Shown piece after piece: positions 41,726-51,101 of a stretch of DNA of 64,000 nt. This DNA is from Candidatus Doudnabacteria bacterium. GTDB taxonomy: Bacteria > Patescibacteriota > Doudnabacteria > UBA920 > O2-02-FULL-48-8. The translations under genes and the position numbers were made by a program. The stretch spans positions 601,607 to 665,606 of the forward strand of contig JBBCGO010000001.1 in NCBI GenBank assembly GCA_037200925.1, written 5' to 3'. Each line of letters begins with the position of its first letter. The first letter of the stretch is position 1. The notes below the pieces were generated by a model. The model was not told where the DNA came from. It was given only the letters and a program-made list of their open reading frames with translations, and did no database searches.

Positions 41726-42448
41726 TTAGCCCAGGTGGTCGACCAAAAAATCGGTCGTGTAACTGACCACTTTGGGAACGTGTGCGTCCAGCCGGTGGTT
41801 GCCGCCGCTGATCACCATCAGCTCCATTTTGGGATAGAGCCCGATCAGTTTTTTGGATTGCTCCAGCGGAATGGACTCATCGTTCTCGCCGTGGATGATC
41901 ATGACCGGACATTTGATGTGGCCGGCCTCGGCGTAGAAATCGATCCCCTTGCCTACAGGCAGCATGATGCGGTTCTCGACGCGGCCGTTTGGGCCGTCGA
42001 AGCTGTACATGTCCTGCCTGACTTCGCTGAAGTCCAAACGGGGCGAGATGAGGACGCCGCAGCGGAATGCGGCCGGATGATAAGCCATTGCCAGCAATGC
42101 TGCGGAAGCTCCGATCGAAGCGCCCACGATCCCGATGCCTCTGGGATTGACCCGCGGATTGGTCACAAGATATGCGCAGGCGGCGGCAACATCTTCCGCC
42201 TCGGTGGAAACGCTGATTTGGCGGATGTCGCCTTCAGAATCTCCGTGTCCGCGGAAGTCGAATGACAGTGAGCCGATCCCTTCTTGGGCCAGCTTTGTGG
42301 CCAGCATGGAGTTGCGCGCTCCCTGCCGGTTGGATTTCCAGCCATGCAGCAGCAGAACGATGTTGACTTCGTTCGTACCACGCGGCATCGTCATGGTTCC
42401 TGTGAGCATACTATCGTCTACCGTCGGAAAGCGAACAGTCTCGGACAT
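41726..42448 (-). CDS. alpha/beta-fold hydrolase
   Basis: LLHGW, FDFRGHGDSEG, GASIG nucleophile, IHGENDE, GGNH; GGAGG SD before ATG 42448. Confidence 0.9.
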   Translation of the reverse strand: MSETVRFPTVDDSMLTGTMTMPRGTNEVNIVLLLHGWKSNRQGARNSMLATKLAQEGIGSLSFDFRGHGDSEGDIRQISVSTEAEDVAAACAYLVTNPRVNPRGIGIVGASIGASAALLAMAYHPAAFRCGVLISPRLDFSEVRQDMYSFDGPNGRVENRIMLPVGKGIDFYAEAGHIKCPVMIIHGENDESIPLEQSKKLIGLYPKMELMVISGGNHRLDAHVPKVVSYTTDFLVDHLG

Positions 42449-42521
42449 GGTTCTACCTCCTTTTCCGAATCCTTCTGTGAGTTTTGCGAACCAGGAAGTA
42501 TACTTCATTTGGAGTTGTTTG

Positions 42522-43973
42522 TCAATGCCGCAGCAGGTTGCCCATGGAGCTTAGTATCTCCCCGTAGAGCGGCTTGATCTTATTCGTTGCTTCCGCGATC
42601 GTGTGCGGAAAAATAAATTTAAACAATCTGGGCACGCCCTGCATTATCGGCTGATTCAATCTTGGGACTGGGTCGATGATAATAAATTCCCGATCATTTT
42701 TCAGTTCGTGCAAAAAAGCCCCGGGTCTTAAATATTCCAATGCTTTTTCTTTTTCATGGTAAGTGTAGATCCCGCAGGCAAGATTGACCTTCATCGTTTC
42801 GATGCCATAAGGCACGATCGCAATATGGGCAACATTGTGCGGTTGTTTCCATGCGTCGTTGACTGCGTTGAAATCGAACTGGACCGGTATTTTCAGATAA
42901 GATACCAGGGTAAAAAAATCTATAGGCGGAACGCCTGTCAATAAATTAAGCTGGGAATATACGGGAATAGCGCCCGTGAATCTGGGATTGCACTCTAGGG
43001 GATAAAGGTCGTTTTTCTCCTGATCCAAGATAAAATCTATTCCAAAAATCCCTGTATATCCCCGGCGGTACAGCCAATGGCCGATCGTTTCAACGATCTT
43101 TTGCGCTTTTTTTTCGGTTTCCGAAGACCACGGATGGAACCCCCAGTCATGGCCGAAAAAATGCCCTGAGGCCGGATGCCCGTGCAGCGATTCCGGAACG
43201 TCCACTAATTGCAGCTGCAATGTTGAAGTCAGCACGCCTTGTTCCGTGGCGCATCCGAGCATGCTTAAGGCATTGCCCGTGACGAAAGGAGTAAGTTTGA
43301 TCGTATGCACTTTTTCAAATTTTTCGGAGATCACCGTTTGTTTTGCCAGCAAGAGGTCCTGTTCGGAATGGATGAACATCGTGCCGCCTGAAATTTCATA
43401 GTCCCCGGGTTGTACGACAACGCTGCTCCCCCAGCGTTTGAAAATTTCCTCAAAATTTTTATCCCGAAATTCCGCGACGGACAGCGTCCAGTCTTCGAGA
43501 TGCTTGAGTTTTAAAGATTTTAAAAGATTGCGGAAAGTGTCTTTGTGAAGCACCGGATCAAAGGATTTCGGATCATTGCCGATCCAGGGAATATTTTCGG
43601 CATTCAGAAAATCAACGATCGGTTTGGTGGTCTGATAAAAAAGCAGCGTATATTGGGATCTCTGATTTTTAAGAAACCCCTGGAACATATAATTTTTAAG
43701 AAGATATCCGGTGGATTGGACTTTCAGGGCGATCTTGGGGTTTTTCTGTTCCAGACAGTAAATATTGGCGTAGTTTTGAAGCACATCAATGTCAGCCGAA
43801 TCTCTGACGCAATATATCTGGTAATGGGACCGGCGCATAAAAAAAGCCGGAATTATCCGCTGGTACGGCGCCACTCCCACAGCGATGATTTGTTGCAGAT
43901 GGAGCTGTTCAATTACGTCATCCAGGTTCCGGACGTATTTGCGCCAAGAATGTGTGAGATCGTTCATGAACAT
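42522..43973 (-). CDS. ATP-grasp domain protein
   Basis: SGGTMFIHS, GYTGIFGIDFI, LECNPRFTG. Confidence 0.8.
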   Translation of the reverse strand: MFMNDLTHSWRKYVRNLDDVIEQLHLQQIIAVGVAPYQRIIPAFFMRRSHYQIYCVRDSADIDVLQNYANIYCLEQKNPKIALKVQSTGYLLKNYMFQGFLKNQRSQYTLLFYQTTKPIVDFLNAENIPWIGNDPKSFDPVLHKDTFRNLLKSLKLKHLEDWTLSVAEFRDKNFEEIFKRWGSSVVVQPGDYEISGGTMFIHSEQDLLLAKQTVISEKFEKVHTIKLTPFVTGNALSMLGCATEQGVLTSTLQLQLVDVPESLHGHPASGHFFGHDWGFHPWSSETEKKAQKIVETIGHWLYRRGYTGIFGIDFILDQEKNDLYPLECNPRFTGAIPVYSQLNLLTGVPPIDFFTLVSYLKIPVQFDFNAVNDAWKQPHNVAHIAIVPYGIETMKVNLACGIYTYHEKEKALEYLRPGAFLHELKNDREFIIIDPVPRLNQPIMQGVPRLFKFIFPHTIAEATNKIKPLYGEILSSMGNLLRH

Positions 43974-44095
43974 ATTATAAGCTATTGACGGCTTTTGCTC
44001 TATAACGAAGAAGAACCAGATAAGCGTAAGCTATATCTGGTTCTTTTCTTTTGCCCGTCCCCTGTTGGTAAGACGGAGCGATGTGCGATCGTGAA

Positions 44096-44764
44096 TTAGA
44101 TGCTGCGGCTGATTGCCTCGGCCAGCGGCAGACCCCGAAGCGGATGGGTTTCCTTGCCGCCCTCGATTGAGGTGAACCGGTCAGCGATGAGCGGGATGTT
44201 CTCCGCGCTCGCCGCAGGGAATGGTCCGTGGCTTTTGCGCACTACGGTGAAATGCTCCTTGCCGCGGGTGACCGTCATCTTGTCGACGGCGAGAACGATG
44301 TTGCCGTCGGCCTGTCGGTTGAGCCGGATGACGAAGAAGAATCGAAGTCCTTCCCCTGCCTTATCAAGGCCGTGGAGCGGCATTGAGTAGACATAGTCGC
44401 CATTGTCGCGCTTGGCCTGCGTCTTGTCAAAATCCCAAAGCTTGCCTTTGCGATCATCGGTGACCATGGCAAGATTGGCATAGCGGCCAATCGGCAGCGG
44501 AGTGACCAGCTTTACCATCATGTGCCCGCCGTAACGAGTGAACACGTCGATGACATGGTGCGGGATGTCCACTGTTCCGTTCTGGTCGATCTCGGCCGGG
44601 ATGGCGAAGTGCTTGGTCGGATCTGGCCGCGTTTTTGTGCGCGCCCAGTTGACCTTGGCGTCCTTGCCGAGCAGACTCTCGAGCTCCCGGTAGGATGCCT
44701 GCGTGCTCTTGATCCGGAAACCGAACTCGAGCCTGGCATTTTCATCGAGCGCATACTGCTTCAC
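44096..44764 (-). CDS. hypothetical protein (GC-rich)
   Basis: GTG start with AAGGAGG SD; TTGACA..TAATAT promoter ~170 nt upstream. Confidence 0.65.
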   Translation of the reverse strand: MKQYALDENARLEFGFRIKSTQASYRELESLLGKDAKVNWARTKTRPDPTKHFAIPAEIDQNGTVDIPHHVIDVFTRYGGHMMVKLVTPLPIGRYANLAMVTDDRKGKLWDFDKTQAKRDNGDYVYSMPLHGLDKAGEGLRFFFVIRLNRQADGNIVLAVDKMTVTRGKEHFTVVRKSHGPFPAASAENIPLIADRFTSIEGGKETHPLRGLPLAEAISRSI

Positions 44765-45029
44765 GATACTACCCTCCTTAAAATCAACCTCACAAGCGTG
44801 AAGTTGTGCATGTATTATTTACCCCATACCGGGCTTGTGCCGTTATGGCATCCGCTTCTACAGTCTCTTCAGAAACTACAGGAGCGGAGGCCAAAAGGCG
44901 GGTTTTATAAGGAACTACTAGATTTTACATATTAGCACAAAAAGGTGGTTTTGTCAATAGTAATGACGTGGCCATAACAAAAACCCCGCTTTTAGAGCGG
45001 AGTGGCTGCTTTTTTTATCGCGAGATGCT

Positions 45030-46016
45030 TCACCAGATAATCAGAACGGCCATAACACCTATTCCAATGACAAGAGTGGATGTAATTATTGCATTAACCG
45101 GTGTTGCAAATAAACTTTTTGCGGACTGAACAAGCGTTTGGCCTGAGGTTGGCGAAGTTGTGGTGAGGGAAGGTACTGTTTCCGGGAGCGGAGAAGGAGT
45201 TGCCGGAATGGCAACCGGGGTTGGCGAAGGAGTAGCTGGCGGAGTCGGTGTCGGTGTGGAAGCGGGAGTAGGTGAAGGTGTGGCCTCCGGAGTCGTTGTT
45301 GGCGTGGTTGAAGTAGGATTAACCGATATGGGGCCTTCTGACGGTATGGCATCAGTGAATACCACAAGCCGTTGGGGGTACATACCGTTAACCTGATTCC
45401 AAATTCCTTCGCAGGTAATAAGATTTAAGTGCGCTAGGCCGTCGGTAGATGTGAAAACAGTCGTGGCATCCGCATCCCGGTCAAATGAATTGATGGCGCG
45501 GACCTGGAATGCAAGAGTTTCATTTTTATCATCCAGTATATATATTTTATCGCCGACCCGCAGCTTGTCCAAATTATAAAAAACCCATGGCACTCCGTTG
45601 CTGATGCCGAAGTGTCCGCCGATGACCGCGCTTCCCGTATCGCCGGGGTGTGGACCCAAGGCAAACCAGGCAACATTCACAGAACCGGCCGGCACATCCA
45701 TTCTCCCGTCAGAAGTGATGAGTGCGTCCTCAATTAAAGAGTCCACTCCTATAACCGGGATCTGAAGGCGGACCGGGAGTCCTGAAGGTATGCCTCCAGG
45801 ATCGCGGATGTCGGAATAAGCGACCTGGCCGCCCGATCCGGTTGTCGGGAATTTCGTTACCGGGAATTTCCAGCCGAAAAGCGCATCGGGTACGAGTGTC
45901 ACCGGCTTATTCTTGTTGAGGTGAGGCAACAACAGCAAATACCCGGCTCCCAATATTACTATGGAAACAATTACGATCAATATTCTTTTTAATCTTGATT
46001 TGGATTTTCTTTTCAT
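45030..46016 (-). CDS. class F sortase with N- and C-terminal membrane anchors
   Basis: PVRLQIP.IGVD, PG.TGSAVIGGH, LNLITC, QRLVV (His/Cys/Arg triad); Pro/Thr linker; FPTTG before the catalytic domain. Confidence 0.92.
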   Translation of the reverse strand: MKRKSKSRLKRILIVIVSIVILGAGYLLLLPHLNKNKPVTLVPDALFGWKFPVTKFPTTGSGGQVAYSDIRDPGGIPSGLPVRLQIPVIGVDSLIEDALITSDGRMDVPAGSVNVAWFALGPHPGDTGSAVIGGHFGISNGVPWVFYNLDKLRVGDKIYILDDKNETLAFQVRAINSFDRDADATTVFTSTDGLAHLNLITCEGIWNQVNGMYPQRLVVFTDAIPSEGPISVNPTSTTPTTTPEATPSPTPASTPTPTPPATPSPTPVAIPATPSPLPETVPSLTTTSPTSGQTLVQSAKSLFATPVNAIITSTLVIGIGVMAVLIIW

Positions 46017-46033
46017 TGTTTTTTTACCGTTCT

Positions 46034-46978
46034 TTAGGATTTGCGCTTATTTACCGGCTTCCCGAATTTTCTCCGGTAGACGAATCCGATAATAAGCAGC
46101 ACTAGAAGGCCGGCCAAGATCTCCCACACAATACTTTTGCTGTTATTGTTGACCGATCCTGTTTCCGGGAAATTGGGATTTGCCTGAGCAGTCGCGGCAG
46201 GCGAAGTGGCTACGTAGACGGTAAGAGCCACGTTATCTGAAGCCTGCAAACCGTTGGCAAAACCAGTTACTGTAGCTGTGTTCGTGGTTGTTTGCGTCAG
46301 GGTCGTGTCGCAGGTATAGATCCAGGCTTCACTAACATCCAGAAGATTGTTGCCGTTAGTGTCTCCCAGCTTGTTGGATATAGCGCTGCACTTATTGTCA
46401 GTAACGGTCACGTAGCTTAAAGGCACCACTCCCGGATTGGTGACCCTATAAGTATAGGTGATCTTGCCCCCTTCGGGAGGCAGGGATAAAGGGTAAGCAA
46501 CTTTGGTGATGTTGATAATGCTGACCAGCGGAGGCGGAGTCTTGGAACCGACAACGACGGTGGCATATGCCTGGTGCGTTGCGGTTATATCATTGGCAGT
46601 GCCAGTGGCTGTGGCAGTGCTTTGGGTAGTTTGGGAAACGGTTTTTGTACAGGTAAATCTCCATGTCTCGCTAAAGTCCAACTTTTTATCACCGTTGTCG
46701 TCGCCTTCTGAAAATTTAACAGGGCTGCAGTTGTCGTCAGAAACCTTTATGTCGGTCAAAGGCACTTCTTGAAGAAAATTCTTGACCGCATATTTGTATG
46801 TTACCTTGCCGGGTCCTTTCGGCAGTGCCAGCGGCTCCGGCACTTCGGTTATGCCGATCAAGGGAACATATAAAACGCTCGGGCTGGTTTGGGCAAGACT
46901 CGCCTTTGTGCCGTATCCAAATACCAATGCCGCGGCCAGTATCAGAACAAGGCCCGATGATTTAACTGTTTGTTTCAT
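46034..46978 (-). CDS. sortase substrate: two DUF11-like Ig domains + FPETG sorting signal
   Basis: Signal peptide; 2x (P.P..LP..G.VTY.Y.V.N..D..C...GD.N....D..E.W..TC); FPETG-TM-RRK. Confidence 0.85.
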   Translation of the reverse strand: MKQTVKSSGLVLILAAALVFGYGTKASLAQTSPSVLYVPLIGITEVPEPLALPKGPGKVTYKYAVKNFLQEVPLTDIKVSDDNCSPVKFSEGDDNGDKKLDFSETWRFTCTKTVSQTTQSTATATGTANDITATHQAYATVVVGSKTPPPLVSIINITKVAYPLSLPPEGGKITYTYRVTNPGVVPLSYVTVTDNKCSAISNKLGDTNGNNLLDVSEAWIYTCDTTLTQTTTNTATVTGFANGLQASDNVALTVYVATSPAATAQANPNFPETGSVNNNSKSIVWEILAGLLVLLIIGFVYRRKFGKPVNKRKS

Positions 46979-46989
46979 ATTAAATTATT

Positions 46990-47769
46990 TTAATTACTTT
47001 TTTTATTTATAACCTTGATGGTCAGAGCGACATTATCAGTGGCCTGCAAACCGTTGGCAAAGGCGGTAACATGAGCCGTATCTGTTGTTGTTTGCGTCAG
47101 AGTTGCGGTGCATGTATAAACCCAGATTTCATTTATATCCAAAAGATTATTGCCGTTGGTATCTCCGAGTCTGCCGGACATATCGGTGCATTTATCGTCA
47201 GTGACCGTTACATTGCTTAAAGGCACTACGCCCGGATTGCCGACTCGGAAAGTATAGGTGATCTTGCCCCCTGCGATGGGCAAGGGTAAAGGATAGGCAA
47301 TTTTGGTGACGTTAACAATACTGACCAGCGGGGGCGGAGTCTTGGAGCCGACAACAACAGTGGCATAGGCTTTATGTGTTGCGGTTAGGTTATTGGCAAC
47401 TCCTGTTGCCGTCGCAGTGCTGAGAGTCGTTTGGGAAAGTTTTGCAGTGCAGGTATATCTCCATGTTTCATTATAATCAAGTCTGGCATTGCGATTGTCA
47501 TCGCCGGTTACAAACCTGACAGGGCTGCAGTTGTCATCGACAACCCTGACACCGGCCAAAGGCGCTTCTTTAACGAAACTTTTAACCGCATAACTGTAAG
47601 TGATGTTACCCGGCCCATTCGGCAGTGCCAGCGGTTTGGGCACAGATGTAATGCCGATCAAAGGGACATATAATGTTTGTGCCAGCACCGTCTTTAAAGC
47701 GTAAACAGATACGAATCCGATTAGCAGTATCAGCACAAAACTTACTATTGATTTAATCGTTTGTTTCAT
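46990..47769 (-). CDS. secreted two-domain DUF11-like protein, tandem paralog of 46034-46978 lacking a sorting signal
   Basis: MKQTIKS vs MKQTVKS N-termini; near-colinear domains; ends just after domain 2. Confidence 0.85.
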   Translation of the reverse strand: MKQTIKSIVSFVLILLIGFVSVYALKTVLAQTLYVPLIGITSVPKPLALPNGPGNITYSYAVKSFVKEAPLAGVRVVDDNCSPVRFVTGDDNRNARLDYNETWRYTCTAKLSQTTLSTATATGVANNLTATHKAYATVVVGSKTPPPLVSIVNVTKIAYPLPLPIAGGKITYTFRVGNPGVVPLSNVTVTDDKCTDMSGRLGDTNGNNLLDINEIWVYTCTATLTQTTTDTAHVTAFANGLQATDNVALTIKVINKKSN

Positions 47770-47864
47770 GTTTGATTATTCCGATTCTTGCTTATAGCTT
47801 AACATTTTTCGGCAACTTTGTATTGTTCGTCTGTGGGTAAGTTGAATACTTTTTTCCGGGTTTT

Positions 47865-49721
47865 TTAATCCCCTAACTCCGAAATGAGTTTGGCGCGCGT
47901 CAACGGGCCGAAAACACCGACCTGCGGCAATCCTGTGTTTGCCTGGTATTTTTTGACTGCCGCTCTCGTTAGCTGACCGTAGAACCCGTAAGCAACCCCA
48001 GCCGGAATTCGCAGAAACCCTTTTTGCACCAGAACTGTTTGAAGCGCTTTGACATCCGCGCCGCGCGCGCCCGTGCCGAGCGATCTGCGGAAAATAGTAT
48101 TCGCTTCAGTTTTGTTCATTTGAATGGTTCCAGTATTGGGAAAACCGGGAACAACCGGGAGGGCGGACAGGCCGGGAACAGACACAATGACAGTAACAGA
48201 AGCCGAATCTGTCGCAGTGATCCCATTGGCTGTTCCGGTAGCCGTGGCCGTGTTCGTTGTGGTAGTTTTGAGATTTGTCCTGCAGGCGTAACTCCAAGTT
48301 TCCGAAACATCAAGCAAATTATTGCTATTGGCATCACCGGAAGGGTCTGAGAGCGGACTGCATGTATTATCAATTAGATTCACATTGCTCAAAGCGACGA
48401 TACCCGGATTGGTTACTGTATATGAGTAGGCAATCATTCCTCCTCCAACAGGCAGTGACATTGGACTTGGAATTTTTGTCACATGAATTAAGGGCGGGAT
48501 CACGACTCCTGTATTCGGCAGTCCCGGAGCGCCGACAACTACTGTTGCTGTTGCGGTATCAGTGGTGCTCAGCCCATTGGCGAATCCTGTCGCCGTGACT
48601 GTGTTCGTCTGGGTCGCTGTAAGTGTCGTTGTGCAGGTGTAGACCCAAGTTTCATTCGCATCGAGCGCGCCGTTGTTATTGGCATCGCCTGAAACCAAGG
48701 TTAACGGGCTGCAAGAATCATCCGTCAAAGTTACCGTGGTCATAGGGACTGTTCCGATATTGCGAACCGTATAGTTGTAGATTACAGGCCCTGGTCCTGC
48801 CGGCAGAGCGAGAGGGCTAGGTACTTTCACGACATCGATCATGGGCGGAACCGGGACCGGGCCGGAGCTTGCAGATGCAGGGACGCCGCCGGGAACGGGC
48901 ACCGGTCCGCTGAAAGAAGAAAAATTATCGATCAAGAATCCATTGCCCAAGGTCGCCGGGGCGGCTGTGCCAGCAACGCGGAACATTATTGAATCGACGG
49001 GGAAAGGTATGCCGCCGGCAAAATCGCGGAAATAATCTTCCCAGCTCGTTCCCGTGTGGATGAGTACGCCGTCCAGGTAGACGTTCACAATATCGTTTTC
49101 TGCCCCATCGATGAATTGCATCGTTATTTTGACCGTGTGCGGGACCGTTCTGTCGATACCGGTGGCGATGGGAGTGAGGACAAAATTCGATATTGAGTGC
49201 TGGTAATCCTCAAAATTAAGCTGGAGGCCTGCGGGAGTATCCTGCATCTGCAGCCAGCTCATTCGCATTGTGTCGCCGCGATCCGGGCTTGCGACCACGG
49301 ACAGGCCTGGCTGTTCGCTTCCCGGGACTGTTGAAGCAAAATCCCATTGCGCTTCAAAATACGGCTGGCGTGTTCCTCCGGAAAATGCGCTGCTGCCAGC
49401 CAATGTTTCCCCTGCCTCATCCGCCAAAGATTTGGAAAAAGTCTGGTCGTTAAAACTGCCGCAGGTAATGGCATTGGAAATGCGCAAGCTTTGGGTTCCG
49501 AAATTTGCAAAGCCCGCGGTATTGGGAACCACAGCTACGTCATACAAAGGACAGGTCGAAGACCCGTGTCCGCTGGTCCAGCCATCCTGGCCATTTAAGT
49601 CGCCAAGGGTGAAACCGTCAAAATTCGTACTATTAGTATCGGCAGCAGCTTTCTTCCCTCCCGCCAGGACCAGAATGGCCATAATAAAACCCAAAAAAAA
49701 GCGTTTGAATGTTTTCAACAT
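47865..49721 (-). CDS. secreted protein: ConA/LamG-like domain + two DUF11-like domains + C-terminal peptidoglycan-binding domain
   Basis: Signal peptide; internal LPNTG and FPNTG; PG_binding_1 pattern G.DVKALQ..L...G.YG.LT.AAV..YQ...GL..VG..GP.TR. Confidence 0.85.
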   Translation of the reverse strand: MLKTFKRFFLGFIMAILVLAGGKKAAADTNSTNFDGFTLGDLNGQDGWTSGHGSSTCPLYDVAVVPNTAGFANFGTQSLRISNAITCGSFNDQTFSKSLADEAGETLAGSSAFSGGTRQPYFEAQWDFASTVPGSEQPGLSVVASPDRGDTMRMSWLQMQDTPAGLQLNFEDYQHSISNFVLTPIATGIDRTVPHTVKITMQFIDGAENDIVNVYLDGVLIHTGTSWEDYFRDFAGGIPFPVDSIMFRVAGTAAPATLGNGFLIDNFSSFSGPVPVPGGVPASASSGPVPVPPMIDVVKVPSPLALPAGPGPVIYNYTVRNIGTVPMTTVTLTDDSCSPLTLVSGDANNNGALDANETWVYTCTTTLTATQTNTVTATGFANGLSTTDTATATVVVGAPGLPNTGVVIPPLIHVTKIPSPMSLPVGGGMIAYSYTVTNPGIVALSNVNLIDNTCSPLSDPSGDANSNNLLDVSETWSYACRTNLKTTTTNTATATGTANGITATDSASVTVIVSVPGLSALPVVPGFPNTGTIQMNKTEANTIFRRSLGTGARGADVKALQTVLVQKGFLRIPAGVAYGFYGQLTRAAVKKYQANTGLPQVGVFGPLTRAKLISELGD

Positions 49722-49735
49722 AAAAAAATTAATGA

Positions 49736-50374
49736 TTAATTAGTAGTTTCTTTATCGGTAAATACGATGAGCCGTTTGGAGTAACTCTTCTGGGCTTCAT
49801 CCCAAACCCCTTCGCAGGTGATCAGGTTAAGGTGGGCTTTTCCGTCTGTGGAGCCAAAAATATCCGATGAGTCCGCGTCCGGTTCATAGTTTTTGCTGCC
49901 AACCACAACGAAAGTCATAATCGTTCCAGTGTCGTCTTCGATGTATAATTTATCACCGCTGCGCAATTTATATAAATTATCAAACACAGACTTGTCCCCG
50001 TTTTTCCAAATTCCATAATGGCCGTCAAGAACAGCGCTGCCTGTTTGCCCCGGCCGGGAACCGAGTTGGAACCATCCTACGTCTGAAGGCGCTTTCGGTA
50101 CATCCATCGCTCCGTCAGCAGCAAGGCCAAGATCTACAACTGCGGCATCAACATTTATTGCAGGGATCTTGAGACGAACCGGAAGTCCCGGGCCTGCTTC
50201 GGAATCGGGAGATTCAACTGACTGTCCGCTGATCAGATTTTGGGAAGATTGGCTTGCAACTGAGCCTTGCGGCGCGCCGAGAAAAAAAGTAACTATTAAA
50301 GAGATCGAAGAGAAGGCAACTCCCGCAATGCTGATATAAAGCCAAGACCGTTCAAATGAGATTTTCGATCGCAT
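49736..50374 (-). CDS. class F sortase
   Basis: PVRLKIPAINVD, PGQTGSAVLDGH, LNLITC, KRLIV; N-terminal TM. Confidence 0.93.
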   Translation of the reverse strand: MRSKISFERSWLYISIAGVAFSSISLIVTFFLGAPQGSVASQSSQNLISGQSVESPDSEAGPGLPVRLKIPAINVDAAVVDLGLAADGAMDVPKAPSDVGWFQLGSRPGQTGSAVLDGHYGIWKNGDKSVFDNLYKLRSGDKLYIEDDTGTIMTFVVVGSKNYEPDADSSDIFGSTDGKAHLNLITCEGVWDEAQKSYSKRLIVFTDKETTN

Positions 50375-50408
50375 AGATTTTTTTCCGTCAAAAGCGGCGG
50401 GCAAAGTT

Positions 50409-50972
50409 TCATTTATTTACGGGCGGAGTTTCGCCGATTGCCTCGTCTGCGCTGTCGGCATCAGCGTCAGCCTTAGTTTTATGGATTCGGCCGTCAATAT
50501 GATTGGGAGGAGCATAGACTGTGTAAATTTTGAGGTCTTGCGTGCCGGTATTAGTGAAATTATGTTCCGTCCCCGGGACCACGACGACGACATCGCCGGG
50601 TTTGATGGGGAATTTTTTACCGTCCAGTTCGCCCTCGCCCGTACCCGAAAGGAAGAACAGCGTTTGTTCGGTGTACTTATGCGTCTCCGCTCCGACCTCG
50701 CCTCCTGGCGGAATGCTCATGATGACCAGCTGGCTGTTCGCACCGGTGAACAGAACGCGCCGGAAATAATCGTTAGCTTGCGTATCTTTGATGATGTTTG
50801 TATGGTAGCTCATTTTTTTTGGGGTCTGAACGGCGGCCGTAGGCGCTGGTTTCGTATATAATACCATGCCGCGCTGACCGAGTGTCAGAAAGAAAATAAT
50901 TATTGATAAGAAAGCAATTCCTGCGATGCCGATGTTCAACAATGGCCATTTTGACGAAATTTTTGGTCGCAT
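50409..50972 (-). CDS. cupin-domain protein with N-terminal membrane anchor
   Basis: FRRVLFTG..SQLV.MSI.PGGEVG.E.H, PGTEHN, LKIYTVYAPPNH. Confidence 0.88.
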   Translation of the reverse strand: MRPKISSKWPLLNIGIAGIAFLSIIIFFLTLGQRGMVLYTKPAPTAAVQTPKKMSYHTNIIKDTQANDYFRRVLFTGANSQLVIMSIPPGGEVGAETHKYTEQTLFFLSGTGEGELDGKKFPIKPGDVVVVVPGTEHNFTNTGTQDLKIYTVYAPPNHIDGRIHKTKADADADSADEAIGETPPVNK

Positions 50973-50994
50973 AGATCTTTTATGAGCTTCTAAG

Positions 50995-51024
50995 GTAAAG
51001 GCTCCGCTTGAGCGGAGCCTTTAC
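50995..51024. terminator. hairpin / probable terminator
   Basis: GTAAAGGCTCCGCT-TG-AGCGGAGCCTTTAC perfect inverted repeat. Confidence 0.65.
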
Positions 51025-51101
51025 AGTCTTTAGGCTAAGCGCATTTTGCTGACACTTAACATCTAGATTAAGTTGCGTTTTAAAACTACAGTGGACTATG
51101 A

